64,000 bases of DNA from Elusimicrobia bacterium CG1_02_56_21 (GCA_001871115.1 MNUR01000046.1:13299-77298), one strand, 5' to 3'; shown: positions 1 to 10,499, numbered from the stretch's first letter. Made by a program: numbers and translations. The notes: a model not told the origin generated them from the sequence alone.

Positions 1-141
1 ATGCAGCGAGGGATAAAGGCTGTAACTGGCCGCGATGCGGACAGTGTGGGCTATTTTAGTAGTGGGGAACAGGAGGAGGATGACCGACAGTACGGCAAAA
101 AACAATATAGCGTAATTAGCTGCGTCCTTTTCTCTGCTCAT
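1..141 (-). CDS. mreC: Rod shape-determining protein MreC, N-terminal 47 codons (gene runs off the window)
   Basis: ATG at 139-141 preceded by an AGGAGG-like SD. Translation MSREKDAANYAILFFAVLSVILLLFPTTK... gives a short tail plus a TM helix. It lies 52 nt downstream of mreB on the same strand. Confidence 0.45.
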   Translation of the reverse strand, partial: MSREKDAANYAILFFAVLSVILLLFPTTKIAHTVRIAASYSLYPSLH

Positions 142-192
142 CGCGGGTCACCCTGAGGCCCCTCCTGGAATACCGGCCCCCCTGGCGGGGGG

Positions 193-1236
193 TCAACTGC
201 GGTAGGAATTCAGGAATTCGGGGCGCTGGATTTTATCCAGCTCTTCAAGATACTTACCGCAACCCAAGGCGACACAGCTTAAAGGATCGGCAGCCCTGTG
301 GACGGGCAGTTCTGTTTCCTGCCGGATAAGCTCCGGGAAGCCGCGCAAAAGCGACCCCCCCCCTGCCAAGACCATCCCCCGGTCCACCAGGTCCGAGGAT
401 AGTTCGGGCGGAGTAGCCTCCAGCACCTGCTTTATAACGTCCACTATCAGCTGTACAGGCTCCATCAGGGCCTGCCTTATCTCTTCAGAAGTAACAAGAA
501 TTGTCTTGGGCAGCCCCTTGGCCTGGTCCCTGCCCTTAACTTCTATGGTCTTTTCTTCTTTTAAAGGGAAAACCGATCCGATCTGTATCTTTACCTCTTC
601 TGCGGTAGTTTCGCCTATGACTAAATTGTGCTTGCGCCGGAAGTACTGCACTATGCAGTCGTCCATCTCGTCGCCGGCCACGTCGAGTGACTTCGCCACC
701 ACCATCCCGCCCAGTGAAATCACGGCCACCTCCGTGGTTCCGCCGCCTATGTCGCAGATCATGCTGGCATGCGGCTCCGAAACCGGAAGGTCCGAACCGA
801 TGGCGGCCGCCATCGGCTCCTCTATCAGCTGCACCTCGCGGGCTCCGGCCTGTTCGGCTGATTCCTGCACGGCGCGCTTTTCGACTTCAGTTATGCCTGA
901 CGGGATGCCTATTACTATTCTGGGGTGCAGCAGGCTGCGCCTGTTGTGCACCTTGCGGATAAAATACTTTATAAGTTCCTGGGTAAGTTCAAAATCGGCG
1001 ATAACGCCGTTCCTTAAAGGGCGGACGGCTACTATATTCGACGGCGTGCGGCCCAGCATCAGCTTGGCTTCAGCGCCGACCGCCAGGACTTTCCGCCTGT
1101 TCCTGTCTATTGCCACAACGGAAGGCTCCCGCAGCACGATCCCCTTGCCTTTAACGTAGACAAGGGTATTCGCGGTGCCGAGATCTATGCCTATGTCGTT
1201 GGAGAACAGGCTGAAAAAGTAGTCGAACATTCCCAT
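193..1236 (-). CDS. mreB: Rod shape-determining actin-like protein MreB
   Basis: 347 aa. '[21 protein letters not shown]' phosphate-1 motif and '[19 protein letters not shown]' are typical of MreB. Confidence 0.95.
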   Translation of the reverse strand: MGMFDYFFSLFSNDIGIDLGTANTLVYVKGKGIVLREPSVVAIDRNRRKVLAVGAEAKLMLGRTPSNIVAVRPLRNGVIADFELTQELIKYFIRKVHNRRSLLHPRIVIGIPSGITEVEKRAVQESAEQAGAREVQLIEEPMAAAIGSDLPVSEPHASMICDIGGGTTEVAVISLGGMVVAKSLDVAGDEMDDCIVQYFRRKHNLVIGETTAEEVKIQIGSVFPLKEEKTIEVKGRDQAKGLPKTILVTSEEIRQALMEPVQLIVDVIKQVLEATPPELSSDLVDRGMVLAGGGSLLRGFPELIRQETELPVHRAADPLSCVALGCGKYLEELDKIQRPEFLNSYRS

Positions 1237-1245
1237 TTATTTTTA

Positions 1246-1587
1246 TTAAACAAGCTTCACCAGCGCGGCTTCGGCGGCGTCGCCGCGGCGGGCTGCCAGC
1301 TTAAGTATGCGGGTAAAGCCTCCGGGCCGCTCTTTATAGCGCGGCGCGAGCACATCGAACACCTTGTGGTATACTGCCTTGTCTTTAATGACGCGGCGCA
1401 CTTCCACGTAGCGGCTGTTCTTGGCATCGGCTATCACGCGTTCCACCACGCGGCGGAGTTCTTTAGCCTTCGGAAGGGTGGTCTGAACCTTCTCGTGCAG
1501 CAGCAGGCTAGTAGCCATGTTGGAGAACATCGCCCGCCGGTGAGATCCGGTCTTAGAAAGTTTTCTGGCGCCCAGGTTGTTTATCAT
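1246..1587 (-). CDS. rplQ: 50S ribosomal protein L17 (bL17)
   Basis: 113 aa, directly after rpoA. 'GSHRRAMFSNMATSLLLHEKVQTT' is the bL17 signature. Confidence 0.95.
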   Translation of the reverse strand: MINNLGARKLSKTGSHRRAMFSNMATSLLLHEKVQTTLPKAKELRRVVERVIADAKNSRYVEVRRVIKDKAVYHKVFDVLAPRYKERPGGFTRILKLAARRGDAAEAALVKLV

Positions 1588-1608
1588 AAGGGTTCCTTAA
1601 ACGTAGAT

Positions 1609-2583
1609 TTAGTCTATCTTCATTCCGAGATCAAGGCCCATTTCCTGCAGCTTTTCCTTGATTTCATCGAGGGACTTCTGTCCGAAATTCTTCACAGCCA
1701 GCAGGTCGTCCTCGGACTTGCGGACCAGCTCGCCGATTGTGCGGATACCGGCCACCTTCAGGCAGTTGGACGCGCGGGAGGACAGTTCTATCATTTCAAC
1801 GCCCTGGTCCAGTTTGCCCGAGAGCTCGCCGCCGGCTTCCTTCTTGGACTCCTCGGCAAGCGCGGGTTCCTTCGCCGACTCTTCGGCCGGGAGGAACGGC
1901 ATAATGGAGCACCGGAGCAGCGCCGCGGTGTTGCTTACGGCGTCGGACGGGGTTACTGTCCCGTCGGTCCAGACCTCGAGCACGAGTTTGTCGTAGTCGG
2001 TGCGCTGGCCCACGCGGGCGTTCTCAACCGTGTAATGCACTTTCTGAATAGGGGAGAAAATAGCGTCCATCGGAATGAACTCCATCGGGAGGTTCATAAG
2101 GGAGCGGATCTCGTCGGAAGTCCGGTAGCCGGAACCGCGGGCGATCTCGAGTTCGGCTTCGAACTCGGCGCCGGATTCCACGTGGGCTATGACGAGGTCC
2201 TTGTTGATGACCTCGACGTTGGAGTTCTCGCGTATATCGGAAGCTTTCACTTCCTTCTTTCCCTTAACGGAGATGAGCACCGTCTCGGGCCCGTCGCCTT
2301 TAAGGCGCACGCGCAGCCGTTTAAGGTTGAGCACGATATTAACGACGTCTTCCTGCACGCCGTTAACGGCGGCATATTCGTGCCTGGCGCCCTTGATGCG
2401 CACGGCCACCACAGCCGCGCCCTCGAGGCTGGAGAGAAGTATGCGCCGCAGAGAATTACCGATGGTGTGGCCGTAACCCTTTTCATAGGGCTCGGCGGTG
2501 AACTTCGCGTAATTCTCGGTCTTTGACTTATCCTCGACGCTGAGAGCCTCGGGGATAATGAGTTGTTTTGAGAAAGTGGACAT
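1609..2583 (-). CDS. rpoA: DNA-directed RNA polymerase subunit alpha
   Basis: 324 aa. 'EPYEKGYGHTIGNSLRRILLSS' marks the N-terminal domain, and a C-terminal alpha-CTD is present ('ELSSRASNCLK'). Confidence 0.97.
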   Translation of the reverse strand: MSTFSKQLIIPEALSVEDKSKTENYAKFTAEPYEKGYGHTIGNSLRRILLSSLEGAAVVAVRIKGARHEYAAVNGVQEDVVNIVLNLKRLRVRLKGDGPETVLISVKGKKEVKASDIRENSNVEVINKDLVIAHVESGAEFEAELEIARGSGYRTSDEIRSLMNLPMEFIPMDAIFSPIQKVHYTVENARVGQRTDYDKLVLEVWTDGTVTPSDAVSNTAALLRCSIMPFLPAEESAKEPALAEESKKEAGGELSGKLDQGVEMIELSSRASNCLKVAGIRTIGELVRKSEDDLLAVKNFGQKSLDEIKEKLQEMGLDLGMKID

Positions 2584-2599
2584 TAGTTAAGAACCTCGC

Positions 2600-3238
2600 T
2601 TACTTGGAATAGTATTCAACAATGAGCTGCTCGTCCACGGAGATGCTTGACTCCGCGCGGTCAGGCCAGCGAACGAGCTTGCCTTTCTTGGAACCCGCGT
2701 CCCACGACAGGAAGCTGGGGCGCTGCGTAGTTTTTTCTGCATGCTCCAGACCCTGCTTTACAAGCAATGTCTCCGCTGTTTTTGTGTCGATAGTCACTTC
2801 GTCGCCCGGCTTGAGCATGGCGGAAGCAATATCCAGACAGCGGCCGTTAACCTTTATGTGGCCGTGGTTGACAAGCTGGCGGGCCGCTTTGAGCGACACC
2901 GCGAAACCCAGACGGCGCACTACGTTGTCGAGCCGCACCTCGAGGAAACGAAGCAGGGCCGCTCCGGTCTGCCCCTTCTGCTTGGAGGCCTTGGTGAAAA
3001 AACGCTTGAACTGGGTCTCGGTCACCTGGGCGGAAAGGCGGGCTATCTGCTTCTCGCGCAGATGTTTGCCGTAATCGGACATCTTGTTCGGCCGCTTTCC
3101 GGCAGAGAAACGCTTGTCTTTTTCGGCTTTCTGAGCGCGGTCCACAAGGCAGTTCGTATGGCACTTAGTGCCTTTGAGGAACATCTTCTGGCTCACTTTT
3201 ACGCATTTTTTGCAGCTGGGTCCGGTATATCTCGACAT
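2600..3238 (-). CDS. rpsD: 30S ribosomal protein S4 (uS4)
   Basis: 212 aa. 'MSRYTGPSCKKC' start and S4 domain 'RLDNVVRRLGFA'. Confidence 0.95.
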   Translation of the reverse strand: MSRYTGPSCKKCVKVSQKMFLKGTKCHTNCLVDRAQKAEKDKRFSAGKRPNKMSDYGKHLREKQIARLSAQVTETQFKRFFTKASKQKGQTGAALLRFLEVRLDNVVRRLGFAVSLKAARQLVNHGHIKVNGRCLDIASAMLKPGDEVTIDTKTAETLLVKQGLEHAEKTTQRPSFLSWDAGSKKGKLVRWPDRAESSISVDEQLIVEYYSK

Positions 3239-3360
3239 TAAAAGTCTCCTTGTTATTTCAGAGGATTGGAAGGCCGGAGGATTAGGGGATTAGCAATAAG
3301 GAATTCTTTAATTCCTTCGCCGTCCAGTCTTCCGGTCTCCTGTCCCTCTAGTCCTCTAAG

Positions 3361-3786
3361 TTATACTCTGCGCGCCTTGGGCGGCCTGCAGCCGTTGTGC
3401 GGGATGGGGGTGATGTCCTTAATGGATACCACATGTATCCCGCTCTGGGCCACCGCGCGGATGGCGGTCTCGCGGCCCGGCCCGGGGCCGTTCACAAAAA
3501 CCATGGCCTGTCTCACGCCGTAATCCCCGGCCTTGGCCGCAGCTTTGGCCGCGGTGATCTGCGCCGCGAAAGGAGTGCCTTTCTTGGTCCCGCGGAAACC
3601 GTTGCCGCCCGAAGTGGCCCAGGAAATAACGCCGCCCTTCTCGTCGGTAAAGGTCACCATTGTGTTATTGAATGAGCAGTTAATATATACGCGGGCGAAC
3701 GCCACCGTGCGGTAGCGGCGCCTGGCCTGCACTTTCTGCTCGGGCTTCTTTGCCCCATTCTGCTGTTTTTTAGTTTCGTCTGCCAT
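3361..3786 (-). CDS. rpsK: 30S ribosomal protein S11 (uS11)
   Basis: 141 aa. '[12 protein letters not shown]' and C-terminal '[16 protein letters not shown]'. Confidence 0.95.
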   Translation of the reverse strand: MADETKKQQNGAKKPEQKVQARRRYRTVAFARVYINCSFNNTMVTFTDEKGGVISWATSGGNGFRGTKKGTPFAAQITAAKAAAKAGDYGVRQAMVFVNGPGPGRETAIRAVAQSGIHVVSIKDITPIPHNGCRPPKARRV

Positions 3787-3861
3787 TAAATCATCCTCCG
3801 TGTTTTTTCCCTCCGTCTTGCGAAGGGACTGACCGCCTGGTACTGCCGGCTGCCGCCCTGG

Positions 3862-4248
3862 TTAGGCCTTCACAGCCTTGCCGCCTGCTCCGACTGTTCT
3901 TCTTCTGCCGCGGCGGGTACGCGCGTTAGTGCGCGTGCGCTGGCCGCGAGTGGGCAGGTTTCTGCGGTGTCTGTAGCCGCGGTAGCTGTTTATTTCCACA
4001 TAGCGCTTGAGGTTGGCGGTAATTTCCCTGCGGAGTTCGCCCTCAACCATGAACTCTTTTGAAATAAAAGTGTTGAGCAGACCAACCTGGTCCTCGGTCA
4101 TATCTTTTACCCTGAGGTCAGGGTCGATCTGATTTTTAAGGCCCTCAAGTATTTTCTTTGCCATCGGGCGTCCTATCCCGAAAACATAAGAAAGGGCTAT
4201 GCTGATTTTTTTGTCTCTGGGTAAATCTATGCCTGCTATGCGTGCCAT
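3862..4248 (-). CDS. rpsM: 30S ribosomal protein S13 (uS13)
   Basis: 128 aa. '[14 protein letters not shown]' N-terminus. Confidence 0.95.
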   Translation of the reverse strand: MARIAGIDLPRDKKISIALSYVFGIGRPMAKKILEGLKNQIDPDLRVKDMTEDQVGLLNTFISKEFMVEGELRREITANLKRYVEINSYRGYRHRRNLPTRGQRTRTNARTRRGRRRTVGAGGKAVKA

Positions 4249-4339
4249 ACTTTCTCCTATTTAGCTGCTTTAATCGGAAATTAGTAAAAGGTAATTTCCG
4301 GCATCCGGAGCTTCCGTTTACCGGAAACCTTTTACTGTT

Positions 4340-4453
4340 TTAACCCTGGCGCTGCTTGTGACGGGGGTCGGTGCAGATTACGCGCACCACGCCCTTGCGC
4401 TTTACAACCATGCATTTTACACAAATTTTCTTAACACTCGCTCTTACTTTCAT
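4340..4453 (-). CDS. rpmJ: 50S ribosomal protein L36 (bL36)
   Basis: Below the ORF-track size cutoff. My translation is [37 protein letters not shown] (37 aa, zinc-ribbon type). It occupies the canonical slot between infA and rpsM. Confidence 0.9.
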   Translation of the reverse strand: MKVRASVKKICVKCMVVKRKGVVRVICTDPRHKQRQG

Positions 4454-4484
4454 TAGAAGTACCTCTTGACCGGCGGAGGCCGGA

Positions 4485-4706
4485 TTATTTTTCCCTGTAA
4501 ACTATACGGCCCTTGCTTAAATCGTAGGGCGAAAGCTCCATTTTCACTTTATCCCCGGGCAGGATCTTTATGTGATGTATCCGCATCTTGCCGGAAATAA
4601 TCCCGAGTATTGTCTTGCCGGGTGCTATCTCAACTTTAAAAGTAGCGTTAGGGAGGGACTCTTTTACAATACCCTCAATCTCTATTTTTTCACTGTTTTC
4701 TGACAT
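4485..4706 (-). CDS. infA: Translation initiation factor IF-1
   Basis: 73 aa. S1-like OB fold '[16 protein letters not shown]...[16 protein letters not shown]'. Confidence 0.95.
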   Translation of the reverse strand: MSENSEKIEIEGIVKESLPNATFKVEIAPGKTILGIISGKMRIHHIKILPGDKVKMELSPYDLSKGRIVYREK

Positions 4707-4740
4707 ATTTATATATTATACAAAATATCGGCCTCATCCG

Positions 4741-5493
4741 TTACCCGTGAGCGCTTAGAATGTCGCAGCCTTCGTCGGTCACCGCCACAGTATGCTCGTA
4801 GTGGGCCGCCAGGCTTCCGTCCGCTGAAACCGCCGTCCAGCCGTCGTTCTTAACTATCACCTCGGCGTTTCCGAGACAGAGCATAGGCTCTATAGCCAGC
4901 GTCATGCCTGTCTTGAGAACCGGCCCGGAACCGGCCTTGCCGAAATTCGGGATCGAAGGTTCCTCATGAAGGTGCCTGCCGATACCGTGGCCGGTAAACT
5001 CCTTTACCACGGACATCCCGTTCTGCAGCGCGTATTTTTCTACGGCGTGAGAAACATCGCCAAGCCGCGCACCTGCCTTTACTTTAGAGAGCGCCATTTC
5101 CAGCGACTTGCTGGTCACATCCATCAGCCGCCTCGCCGCGCCGGAAATCCGCCCGGCCGCTACGGTAACCGCGGCGTCGCCGAAAAAGCCTTCGCGGACC
5201 GCGCCCATATCCAGACTGACTATGTCGCCGTCCTGTATCACCCTTTTAGGGCTCGGTATACCGTGAACGATCTCGTCGTTTATTGAAACGCAGAGCGTGG
5301 CGGGGTAACCGCGGTAGCCGAGAAAAGCGGGAACTGCCCCGAGTTCTCTTACCCGCTGCTCGGCAAAGCTATCGAGTTCAGCCGTTGAAACTCCGGGCTT
5401 CACCCGGGGCTTAAGCTCCAGCAGAACCTGCGCCACAACCCTTGAGGCTTTGCGCATGCTTTCTATTTCAAGCGAAGATTTTATCTCTATCAC
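4741..5493 (-). CDS. map: Methionine aminopeptidase, type I
   Basis: 250 aa. Shows 'DGDIVSLDMGA', 'FTGHGIG' and 'EHTVAVT' metal-ligand contexts. Confidence 0.93.
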   Translation of the reverse strand: MIEIKSSLEIESMRKASRVVAQVLLELKPRVKPGVSTAELDSFAEQRVRELGAVPAFLGYRGYPATLCVSINDEIVHGIPSPKRVIQDGDIVSLDMGAVREGFFGDAAVTVAAGRISGAARRLMDVTSKSLEMALSKVKAGARLGDVSHAVEKYALQNGMSVVKEFTGHGIGRHLHEEPSIPNFGKAGSGPVLKTGMTLAIEPMLCLGNAEVIVKNDGWTAVSADGSLAAHYEHTVAVTDEGCDILSAHG

Positions 5494-6134
5494 GGCTTAT
5501 TGTTTAAAAGAGCGGCTATTTTCTCCGCAACCTCTTCAGGAGGAGGCCCGCCGTCTGCCTCGTAAAAGTTTCCGTTGGCCCGGTAATAAGCCAGCAGGGG
5601 CTCCGTCTGGAACTTGTAAACCTGTATCCGCTTGGCTATAACCTCAGGCTTGTCATCCCCGCGTATCATCAGCGTCTTACCGCAAGCGTCGCAAATATTT
5701 TCTTTGGCTGGCGGACTGGAGAAAGTGCTGTATATCCTGCCGCAACCGGTACAGTTGCGCCGCGTGCTCAGGCGCTTTATAACTTCCTCTTCCTTAACAT
5801 TTATAAGGATCACGGCGTCTATAGTCTGTCCGCGGCCGGAAAACCAGCTGTCCAGGCCTTCCGCCTGCTCTACCGTCCGCGGAAATCCGTCAAAAAGAAG
5901 GCCTCTCGTTTCAGTGCTCAGGCGCTCTTTAACAAGCGCTAGGACCAGTTTATCCGGCACCAGGCGCCCCGTAGAGATATAGCCGTCCGCCTCCAGCCCC
6001 AGCGGGCTTTTTTTGGCTATTTCGGCGCGCAAAATATCACCGGTTGAAACATGGAACATGTCCAGTTTCCTGGAAAGAACTTTAGCCTGTGTTCCCTTCC
6101 CGGAACCAGGGTACCCCAAGATAATGATATTCAT
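5490..6134 (-). CDS. adk: Adenylate kinase (zinc-lid type)
   Basis: 214 aa. P-loop 'GYPGSGKGTQ' and Cys4 lid 'CTGCGRIY...CDACG'. Confidence 0.95.
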   Translation of the reverse strand: MNIIILGYPGSGKGTQAKVLSRKLDMFHVSTGDILRAEIAKKSPLGLEADGYISTGRLVPDKLVLALVKERLSTETRGLLFDGFPRTVEQAEGLDSWFSGRGQTIDAVILINVKEEEVIKRLSTRRNCTGCGRIYSTFSSPPAKENICDACGKTLMIRGDDKPEVIAKRIQVYKFQTEPLLAYYRANGNFYEADGGPPPEEVAEKIAALLNNKP

Positions 6135-6198
6135 GGTCTTTCAGTTGAGCGCTAACTACCGGTTCGTTCACTGAATAAGCCGATCCCGCACCGCCGGA

Positions 6199-7530
6199 TC
6201 AGCTTCCTACGTTAAACCAGCGGCCTTTTATTTTGGAATTCTTGTTGAACCCCTCATAATTCCGCATCACAAGATGGGCCTCTGTCTGCGCTATAGTGTC
6301 CAGTGCTACGCCGACGACTATCAGCAGCGAGGTTCCGCCGAAATAGAAAGGCACGTTGAACTTGGCCCGAAGATAATCGGGAAGCACCGCGATCAGGGAG
6401 ACGAACAGGGCGCCGCCCAGGGTTATACGGTTCATTACCCACTCTATGTGCGTAGCGGTCGGCTCTCCCGGACGTATGCCGGGAATGAAACCGCCCCACT
6501 TTTTCATATTGTCAGCAAGGTCCTTCGGGTTTATGCTGACGGAGTTGTAGAAGTAGCAGAAGAAGATAATGAGGGCCACATAGAACAACTGGTAAATAAC
6601 GCTTGAGTGGCTCATCAGGGACATCAGCTTCTGCGCCCAGGGCGCGTTAGGGTTGAAAGATCCTATGGTATAAGGGACGCTGAGCAGCGAGACCGCGAAG
6701 ATTACAGCGATAACGCCGGACTGGTCCACTTTAAGGGGCAGGAAGGTGGAAGCGCCGCCGTACATCTTGCGGCCCACCATGCGCTGCGCGTACTGCACCG
6801 GGATCTTCCGCTGGGCAGTCTCAACCCAGATGACGAAGCCGGTAATACTTACCACCGCGGCAAGTATAAGTATTGCGGAGATAATGCTTATTTCGTCTAT
6901 CTGGACGAGCTGCATCATGTTCATTACCGCCGAGGGCAGACCCACGACGATACCCGCGAAAATGATAAGCGAGATGCCGTTGCCTATGCCGCGCTCCGTT
7001 ATCTGCTCGCCCAGCCACATCACGAAGATGGTTCCGGTGACCAGGGTAAGCACGGTCACGAAATAAAACATGAAGTTCGGGTTGCTGACAATCTGGGGGC
7101 CATTGCCGCCAGCGCCCATCTTGGTCATCGCTATGGTGAGGCCCAGGGACTGGAAAGCCGCCAGGAAAAGCGTGAACCACCGGGTAAACTGCACTATCTT
7201 CTTGCGGCCGCTTTCGCCTTCTTTCTGGAGACGGTCAAGCATCGGGAAGATATGCGCGCCCTGCACCAGGCTCATGATGATGGAGGCGTTGATGTAAGGC
7301 ATCACGCCCATCGAGAAGATAGAAAACCTGCTCAGCGCGCCGCCTGAAAAGATATCCAGGAAGCCGAGCAGCGAGCCCTTCTGTGATTCGAAGATGGCCT
7401 GGAGCGCCGCAGTGTTGATCCCGGGTATCGGGATGGAGGCGCCCAGCCGATAAACAGCCAGCGCCCCGAGAACGAAGAATATCCGTTTCTTAAGATCCTC
7501 TATCTTAAAAATGTCGGCTATTTGTTGCAT
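6199..7530 (-). CDS. secY: Preprotein translocase subunit SecY
   Basis: 443 aa, polytopic. 'MGVMPYINASIIMSL' signature, in the canonical position after rplO. Confidence 0.96.
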   Translation of the reverse strand: MQQIADIFKIEDLKKRIFFVLGALAVYRLGASIPIPGINTAALQAIFESQKGSLLGFLDIFSGGALSRFSIFSMGVMPYINASIIMSLVQGAHIFPMLDRLQKEGESGRKKIVQFTRWFTLFLAAFQSLGLTIAMTKMGAGGNGPQIVSNPNFMFYFVTVLTLVTGTIFVMWLGEQITERGIGNGISLIIFAGIVVGLPSAVMNMMQLVQIDEISIISAILILAAVVSITGFVIWVETAQRKIPVQYAQRMVGRKMYGGASTFLPLKVDQSGVIAVIFAVSLLSVPYTIGSFNPNAPWAQKLMSLMSHSSVIYQLFYVALIIFFCYFYNSVSINPKDLADNMKKWGGFIPGIRPGEPTATHIEWVMNRITLGGALFVSLIAVLPDYLRAKFNVPFYFGGTSLLIVVGVALDTIAQTEAHLVMRNYEGFNKNSKIKGRWFNVGS

Positions 7531-8054
7531 TATTTCTTATCCGATTTCGTTTTCTTTTTAGCGGCGTGCTGGGCGTCAACTACAGCCTGCCTGGCCGCCT
7601 TTGCGCCTACCAGCAGGGTAATCTTCCCGCCGGCCTTGGTTATCTTTTCAGCCGCGCCTTTGGAAAAAGAATGGGCGGTTACATTGAGCGCCTTAGTAAC
7701 TTCGCCGTTGCCAAGGACCTTTACAAGCGCGTCGTGCTTGATCAGCCTGCGCTTAAGCATGTCGGCCGGAGTGACCGAGGCGCCCGCGGCGAAATTCTTT
7801 TCGAGCGAGGAAAGGTTCACCCACTCGTACACCTGGCGGAACTGGGCGTTGCTGAAACCGCTCTTGGGGATGCGGCGGAGCAGCGGTGTCTGGCCGCCTT
7901 CGAAACCGTTGGGCTTGGTGCCGCCGGAAGTGGAGCCCTGCCCCTTCTGTCCTCGGGTAGAGGTCTGTCCGTGGCCCGAGCCCGGCCCGGTGCCAAGACG
8001 TTTGCGCTTGTGTACTGAGCCCGGCTTAGCCTTGAGATTGTGCAGTCCTACCAT
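7530..8054 (-). CDS. rplO: 50S ribosomal protein L15 (uL15)
   Basis: 174 aa. Gly/Lys-rich N-terminus 'GSGHGQTSTRGQKGQG'. Sits between rpsE and secY. Confidence 0.93.
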   Translation of the reverse strand: MVGLHNLKAKPGSVHKRKRLGTGPGSGHGQTSTRGQKGQGSTSGGTKPNGFEGGQTPLLRRIPKSGFSNAQFRQVYEWVNLSSLEKNFAAGASVTPADMLKRRLIKHDALVKVLGNGEVTKALNVTAHSFSKGAAEKITKAGGKITLLVGAKAARQAVVDAQHAAKKKTKSDKK

Positions 8055-8101
8055 AGTTTTTCTCCTGTGTATCCTAGAATCGTTATTTGCGGCCCTGGTG
8101 C

Positions 8102-8656
8102 TTATTCTTTGCCCCGGAGCTTCATTACTTCTTCTTTGCTCTTGAGGCGCTTGAGCGCGTCAACGGTAGCATAGACCGTATTGAAAGCGTTGCGGGAGCC
8201 GAGGTTCTTGGTAAGAACGTTCCTGACGCCGGCAGCTTCAAGCACGGCGCGTATGCCGCCTCCGGCTATAAGACCGGTTCCGCCCACGGCGGGCTTCATC
8301 CAGACCTTGCCTGCGCCGAACCTGCCTTCGATTTCATGCGGGATGGTGAATGAGACCAGGGGAAACTGGAACATTTCCTTGCGGGCTCCGGCGGTACCTT
8401 TCAGTATGGCGCCCTGAACCTCGTTTGACTTGCCGAGGCCGACCCCTACTTTGCCGTTGCTGTCTCCGACAACCACGAGGGCGTTGAAGGAAAAGCGCTT
8501 GCCGCCCTTCACAACCTTGGTGACGCGGTTTATAACCACGGTGACTACTTTTTCCTCTACCGCGTTGGTGAGGTCGAGTTCCATGGCTTCGCCGGGGGTC
8601 TTGCCCTGGGCGTTAAGTTCTTTGCTGGTCTTAAGTTGTTTCTGGTTTCTGAGCAT
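8102..8656 (-). CDS. rpsE: 30S ribosomal protein S5 (uS5)
   Basis: 184 aa. '[18 protein letters not shown]'. Confidence 0.95.
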   Translation of the reverse strand: MLRNQKQLKTSKELNAQGKTPGEAMELDLTNAVEEKVVTVVINRVTKVVKGGKRFSFNALVVVGDSNGKVGVGLGKSNEVQGAILKGTAGARKEMFQFPLVSFTIPHEIEGRFGAGKVWMKPAVGGTGLIAGGGIRAVLEAAGVRNVLTKNLGSRNAFNTVYATVDALKRLKSKEEVMKLRGKE

Positions 8657-8670
8657 TTTTAACTTCTCCC

Positions 8671-9033
8671 TTAGAATTTCAATCCGGCTTCGCGCGCTGC
8701 GTCCGCCAGGGCCTTAATGCGGCCGTGATAAATACTGCCGCCGCGATCAAAACAGACTTCGGTTACGCCTTTGGCAATGGCGCGCTTGGCCAGAAGAGCC
8801 CCCACCCCTTTGGCGGTGTCTATGCTCTTACCGGACTTGAACTTGCCTTTAAGTTCCTTCTCCAGGCTGGAGGCGGCCACGAGCGTCACGGCCTTCTTGT
8901 CGTCGACGACCTGGGCATATATATATTTAGTGCCCCGGTACACGCTCAGTCTGGGCCTGTTAATACCGTTGCTAAACAGGTTGTTCCTTGAGCGGATTTT
9001 GCGGAATTCATAGCGTTCTTGTTTGCTTATCAT
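8671..9033 (-). CDS. rplR: 50S ribosomal protein L18 (uL18)
   Basis: 120 aa. '[18 protein letters not shown]'. Confidence 0.95.
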   Translation of the reverse strand: MISKQERYEFRKIRSRNNLFSNGINRPRLSVYRGTKYIYAQVVDDKKAVTLVAASSLEKELKGKFKSGKSIDTAKGVGALLAKRAIAKGVTEVCFDRGGSIYHGRIKALADAAREAGLKF

Positions 9034-9075
9034 AATCGTTCCTGCCTTTTGCTGAAGTGTGCTTAGTACCCCGGG

Positions 9076-9642
9076 TTATTTCTTGGCCGCGCCTGCGCTC
9101 GCGCCTGCCGCTGTCTTGCCGGCCTTGCGGATGATGTGCTCGCCCTGGTACTTGATGCCGGTTCCTTTATAGGGTTCCGGGGGTTTAATGCGCTTGATCT
9201 GGGCCGCAAGGTTGCCTACGGCTTCCCTGTCTATGCCCTTTATAGTAAGGATGACCTGCTTGGGATCAAAAGACATCTTGATGCCCTGCGGGATGTCCAG
9301 TATCACGGGATGCGAGAAGCCCAGCTGCATAGTGATGCGGTTGCCTTCCACGGCGCCCTTAAAACCGACGCCGGCGATCTCGAGTACTTTTTCAAATTCT
9401 TTGCTGACCCCGCAGACTATGTTATTGACGCGGGCCCTGGCGGTGCCGAAGAGCGCGGCCTTGCCTTCCGCGCCCGGGGCTATGCTGATATTGATATTGG
9501 CGTCCTTGACCTCTGCATTGATGCCGTCGGGCAGGGAATAAGCCATCTTTCCAAGCGGCCCCTCTACGAGGACCTTCCTGTTTTCCACTCTCGCTTTAAC
9601 CTTTTCGGGAAGCGCTACCGGTCTTTTTCCAATTCTGCTCAT
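9076..9642 (-). CDS. rplF: 50S ribosomal protein L6 (uL6)
   Basis: 188 aa. 'MSRIGKRPVALPEKVK'. Confidence 0.95.
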   Translation of the reverse strand: MSRIGKRPVALPEKVKARVENRKVLVEGPLGKMAYSLPDGINAEVKDANINISIAPGAEGKAALFGTARARVNNIVCGVSKEFEKVLEIAGVGFKGAVEGNRITMQLGFSHPVILDIPQGIKMSFDPKQVILTIKGIDREAVGNLAAQIKRIKPPEPYKGTGIKYQGEHIIRKAGKTAAGASAGAAKK

Positions 9643-9694
9643 AGTGTTTACCTCTTTCTTAAATCAGTCCGTGATTCTCGATTTTCGATTCTTC

Positions 9695-10102
9695 TTACCA
9701 CACCTGGCAGAGAACTTCGCCGCCGAGTTTCTGCTTCTTGGCTTCCGCGTCCGTAAGCAGGCCCTTGGAAGTTGAAACTATGGTCACGCCGAAAGCGGCG
9801 CGCACATGGGGCATTTCATTATGGGCCCGGTAAATGCGCAGGCCGGGCTTGGAGACGCGGCGGATGCCGTTTATGACGGGCTGTTTATCGATAGTGTACT
9901 TCAGCGTGATGCGTATCACGCCGCGCCTGTCGATGGTCTTGTCCAGCTTGGGGTCAAGAACCTTGAAATTGGAGACAAAGCCCTCTTCTTTAAGGACTTT
10001 TACAAGCCCTGCCTTGATGCCAGAGAAGGGAACGTCCACTCGCTCTTTCTTCTTAACCGTGGCGTTCTTTATTGAACACAGCATATTTGCTATAGGATCC
10101 AT
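9695..10102 (-). CDS. rpsH: 30S ribosomal protein S8 (uS8)
   Basis: 135 aa. 'DPIANMLCSIKNA'. Confidence 0.95.
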   Translation of the reverse strand: MDPIANMLCSIKNATVKKKERVDVPFSGIKAGLVKVLKEEGFVSNFKVLDPKLDKTIDRRGVIRITLKYTIDKQPVINGIRRVSKPGLRIYRAHNEMPHVRAAFGVTIVSTSKGLLTDAEAKKQKLGGEVLCQVW

Positions 10103-10191
10103 TTTTTCACCTCGTAATCTGAAAACTCTTAATATAAGCCCAGGGTCTCAGCCCGTTTCCGCGGCCGACATCCGGTGACTTTTAAATTCTT

Positions 10192-10377
10192 TTACCAGCT
10201 CGACTTTCTGAGGCCGGGTATCAGGCCATCGTGCGCCATCTTCCTCAGGCAGATCCTGCAGAGACCGAAGTCCCGGTAGTAACCGCGCGGCCTGCCGCAG
10301 ATCTGGCAGCGGTTGCGGAAGCGCGTAGAGAACTTCTGGGGTTTGCGCATCTTCGCCATCCAAGCATATGTAGCCAT
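10192..10377 (-). CDS. rpsN: 30S ribosomal protein S14, short zinc-binding (type Z) form
   Basis: 61 aa. '[22 protein letters not shown]' (CxxC...CxxC). Confidence 0.93.
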   Translation of the reverse strand: MATYAWMAKMRKPQKFSTRFRNRCQICGRPRGYYRDFGLCRICLRKMAHDGLIPGLRKSSW

Positions 10378-10499
10378 TTCTTTCTTTCTCCTGTTATTAA
10401 TCTGTAACTATGCTGTATTGACACTGTCTTGTGTCGCTACGCTCCGCCCCTGCTATTAACCTAAAACCGCCGGCTGCAACTCTTCTACGCCGGGGCGTC

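Noticed and set aside
1366-2526. 386-aa plus-strand ORF, along with other long plus-strand ORFs (506..1159, 6607..7347, 10431..11168, 14588..15265, 16167..16700) across the ribosomal cluster
   Set aside because: They are antisense to unmistakable conserved genes (rpoA, mreB, secY, rplE, rplB, rplC). Their composition is Arg/Gly/His-rich, as expected for shadow ORFs in GC-rich DNA, and they have no SD or motifs.
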